Shown piece by piece: positions 25,648 to 26,357 of a stretch of 26,357 bases of DNA. The stretch is from Candidatus Pacearchaeota archaeon. GTDB taxonomy: Archaea; Nanobdellota; Nanobdellia; Pacearchaeales; GW2011-AR1. The position numbers were made by a program, and so were the translations under genes. The number at the start of each line of letters is the position of its first letter. Within the stretch, counting starts at the first letter, position 1. The DNA lies in assembly GCA_016866975.1 (NCBI GenBank), contig VGKP01000013.1, positions 1-26,357 of the forward strand. The letters run 5' to 3'. The notes under the pieces were generated by a model, which ran no database searches, was not told the origin of the DNA, and saw only the letters and a list, made by a program, of their open reading frames with translations.

Positions 25648-25779
25648 CGGGTCCAGGAGGAATCGAACCCCCGTTACAGCGTTCCTTCGCTCCTTTCCAA
25701 AAGGGAGGTTGAACAAAAAGGAACAGTCGGGTTCCTTATACTCCGAAGCGCTGCGTTCTATCCACTAAACTATGGACCC
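25648..25779 (-). tRNA. tRNA-Arg(TCG) with 60-nt intron at 37/38 (25683..25742)
   Basis: GGGTCCA/TGGACCC+G acceptor; CAGCG-CT-TCG-GA-CGCTG after splicing; BHB core CTTC/GAAG with 3-nt bulges; 72-nt mature tRNA. Confidence 0.95.
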
Positions 25780-25829
25780 AACAAAAAGAGCCCAAACATC
25801 TTTTTTAATGCTTTGTATACAAATTCTAA

Positions 25830-26250
25830 GGCAATAATTTCAGACTTTCATCTTTCTTCAAGGCATAGTTCTTTCTCGAGTAATAAAGAGACACCAACTC
25901 GTTTACTACCCAAGTCACTGCCAGCAACAGTGCGAAGAATGCTCCTCCGATGGGTGTAGCGTAGGCAGGCTATCACTTTCAAGATAACTCAGTATGCCTG
26001 CGATTACTCCGACAGTAGTTATCAAACGTAAAGAGCCGATAGAATTGCGAGTGCTTTCAGCACCCATCTCACCAAATCTGGCAATAGTCGCACCAAGATA
26101 ATTGTCAGTCATCTTCCAGAGTTCCTTGATATAGGACAAAGTATCTTCAAGAGTCTCATATTTATATGAGAATATTTGGTCAAGAGTTTCATCAATTTTC
26201 TGCGTATTTGCAATCTTTCCTCTTGTCCTCAGATATAACGCTTCTAATTC
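25830..26250 (-). pseudogene. 5'-truncated, frameshifted membrane-protein gene fragment
   Basis: Frame ELEALYLR...VIAGILSYL has no start codon; a shift near 25957 restores a second TM helix (TPIGGAFFALLLAVTWVVNELV). Confidence 0.6.
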
Positions 26251-26357
26251 ACGTTGGCACAGATAGCATAGGCAGTAACCGAATAATCACTATCAGGAGT
26301 TCCTGGAGGGACATGTAAGGAGCACGTCCATCCGTACTTTGTTTTATCTAAACTTAT
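26244..26357 (-). CDS. 3' end of a gene entering from outside the window (...YSVTAYAICANVN)
   Basis: Open frame from window edge to TAG at 26246..26244. Confidence 0.55.
   Translation of the reverse strand: MSLDKTKYGWTCSLHVPPGTPDSDYSVTAYAICANVN

Noticed and set aside
25915-26139. 74-aa ORF as an intact gene
   Set aside because: The TTG start is internal to a longer start-less frame and the tail is out of frame; treated as a pseudogene fragment.

Overview
AT-rich, gene-dense archaeal chromosome segment. TFE, TFS, GatD/GatE, archaeal-type ProRS, BHB-type tRNA introns and TATA promoters identify it as archaeal. The uncharacterised genes look most like a DPANN (Pace-/Woesearchaeota-like) organism, which is inference. 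It holds about 33 protein genes (tfe, rhomboid, SpoIIM-like, scpB, GT2, tfs, signal peptidase, ftsZ, apt-like, DHH, MBL hydrolase, gatA, gatC, aspS, gatE, gatD, proS and others), two intron-containing tRNAs (Lys-CTT, Arg-TCG) and a frameshifted gene fragment. There is no CRISPR array, transposase or rRNA. Three things stand out. (1) A dispersed family of TCA(A/G)G(A/G)A...T(C/T)C(C/T)TGA palindromic elements with compensatory changes sits at three convergent-gene junctions and inside a 147-nt tRNA-Lys intron. One copy is flanked by a 28-bp duplication of a gene 3' end. (2) Both the bacterial-type, non-discriminating-like AspRS and GatE lack the GAD (AspRS-like) insertion domain and are clustered with gatA/gatC/gatD, with no gatB in the window. 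(3) About 20 genes have a TATA box at -29..-22 (or 1 nt further) from the start codon, implying mostly leaderless mRNAs. All product calls come from motif recognition only; no database search was run.
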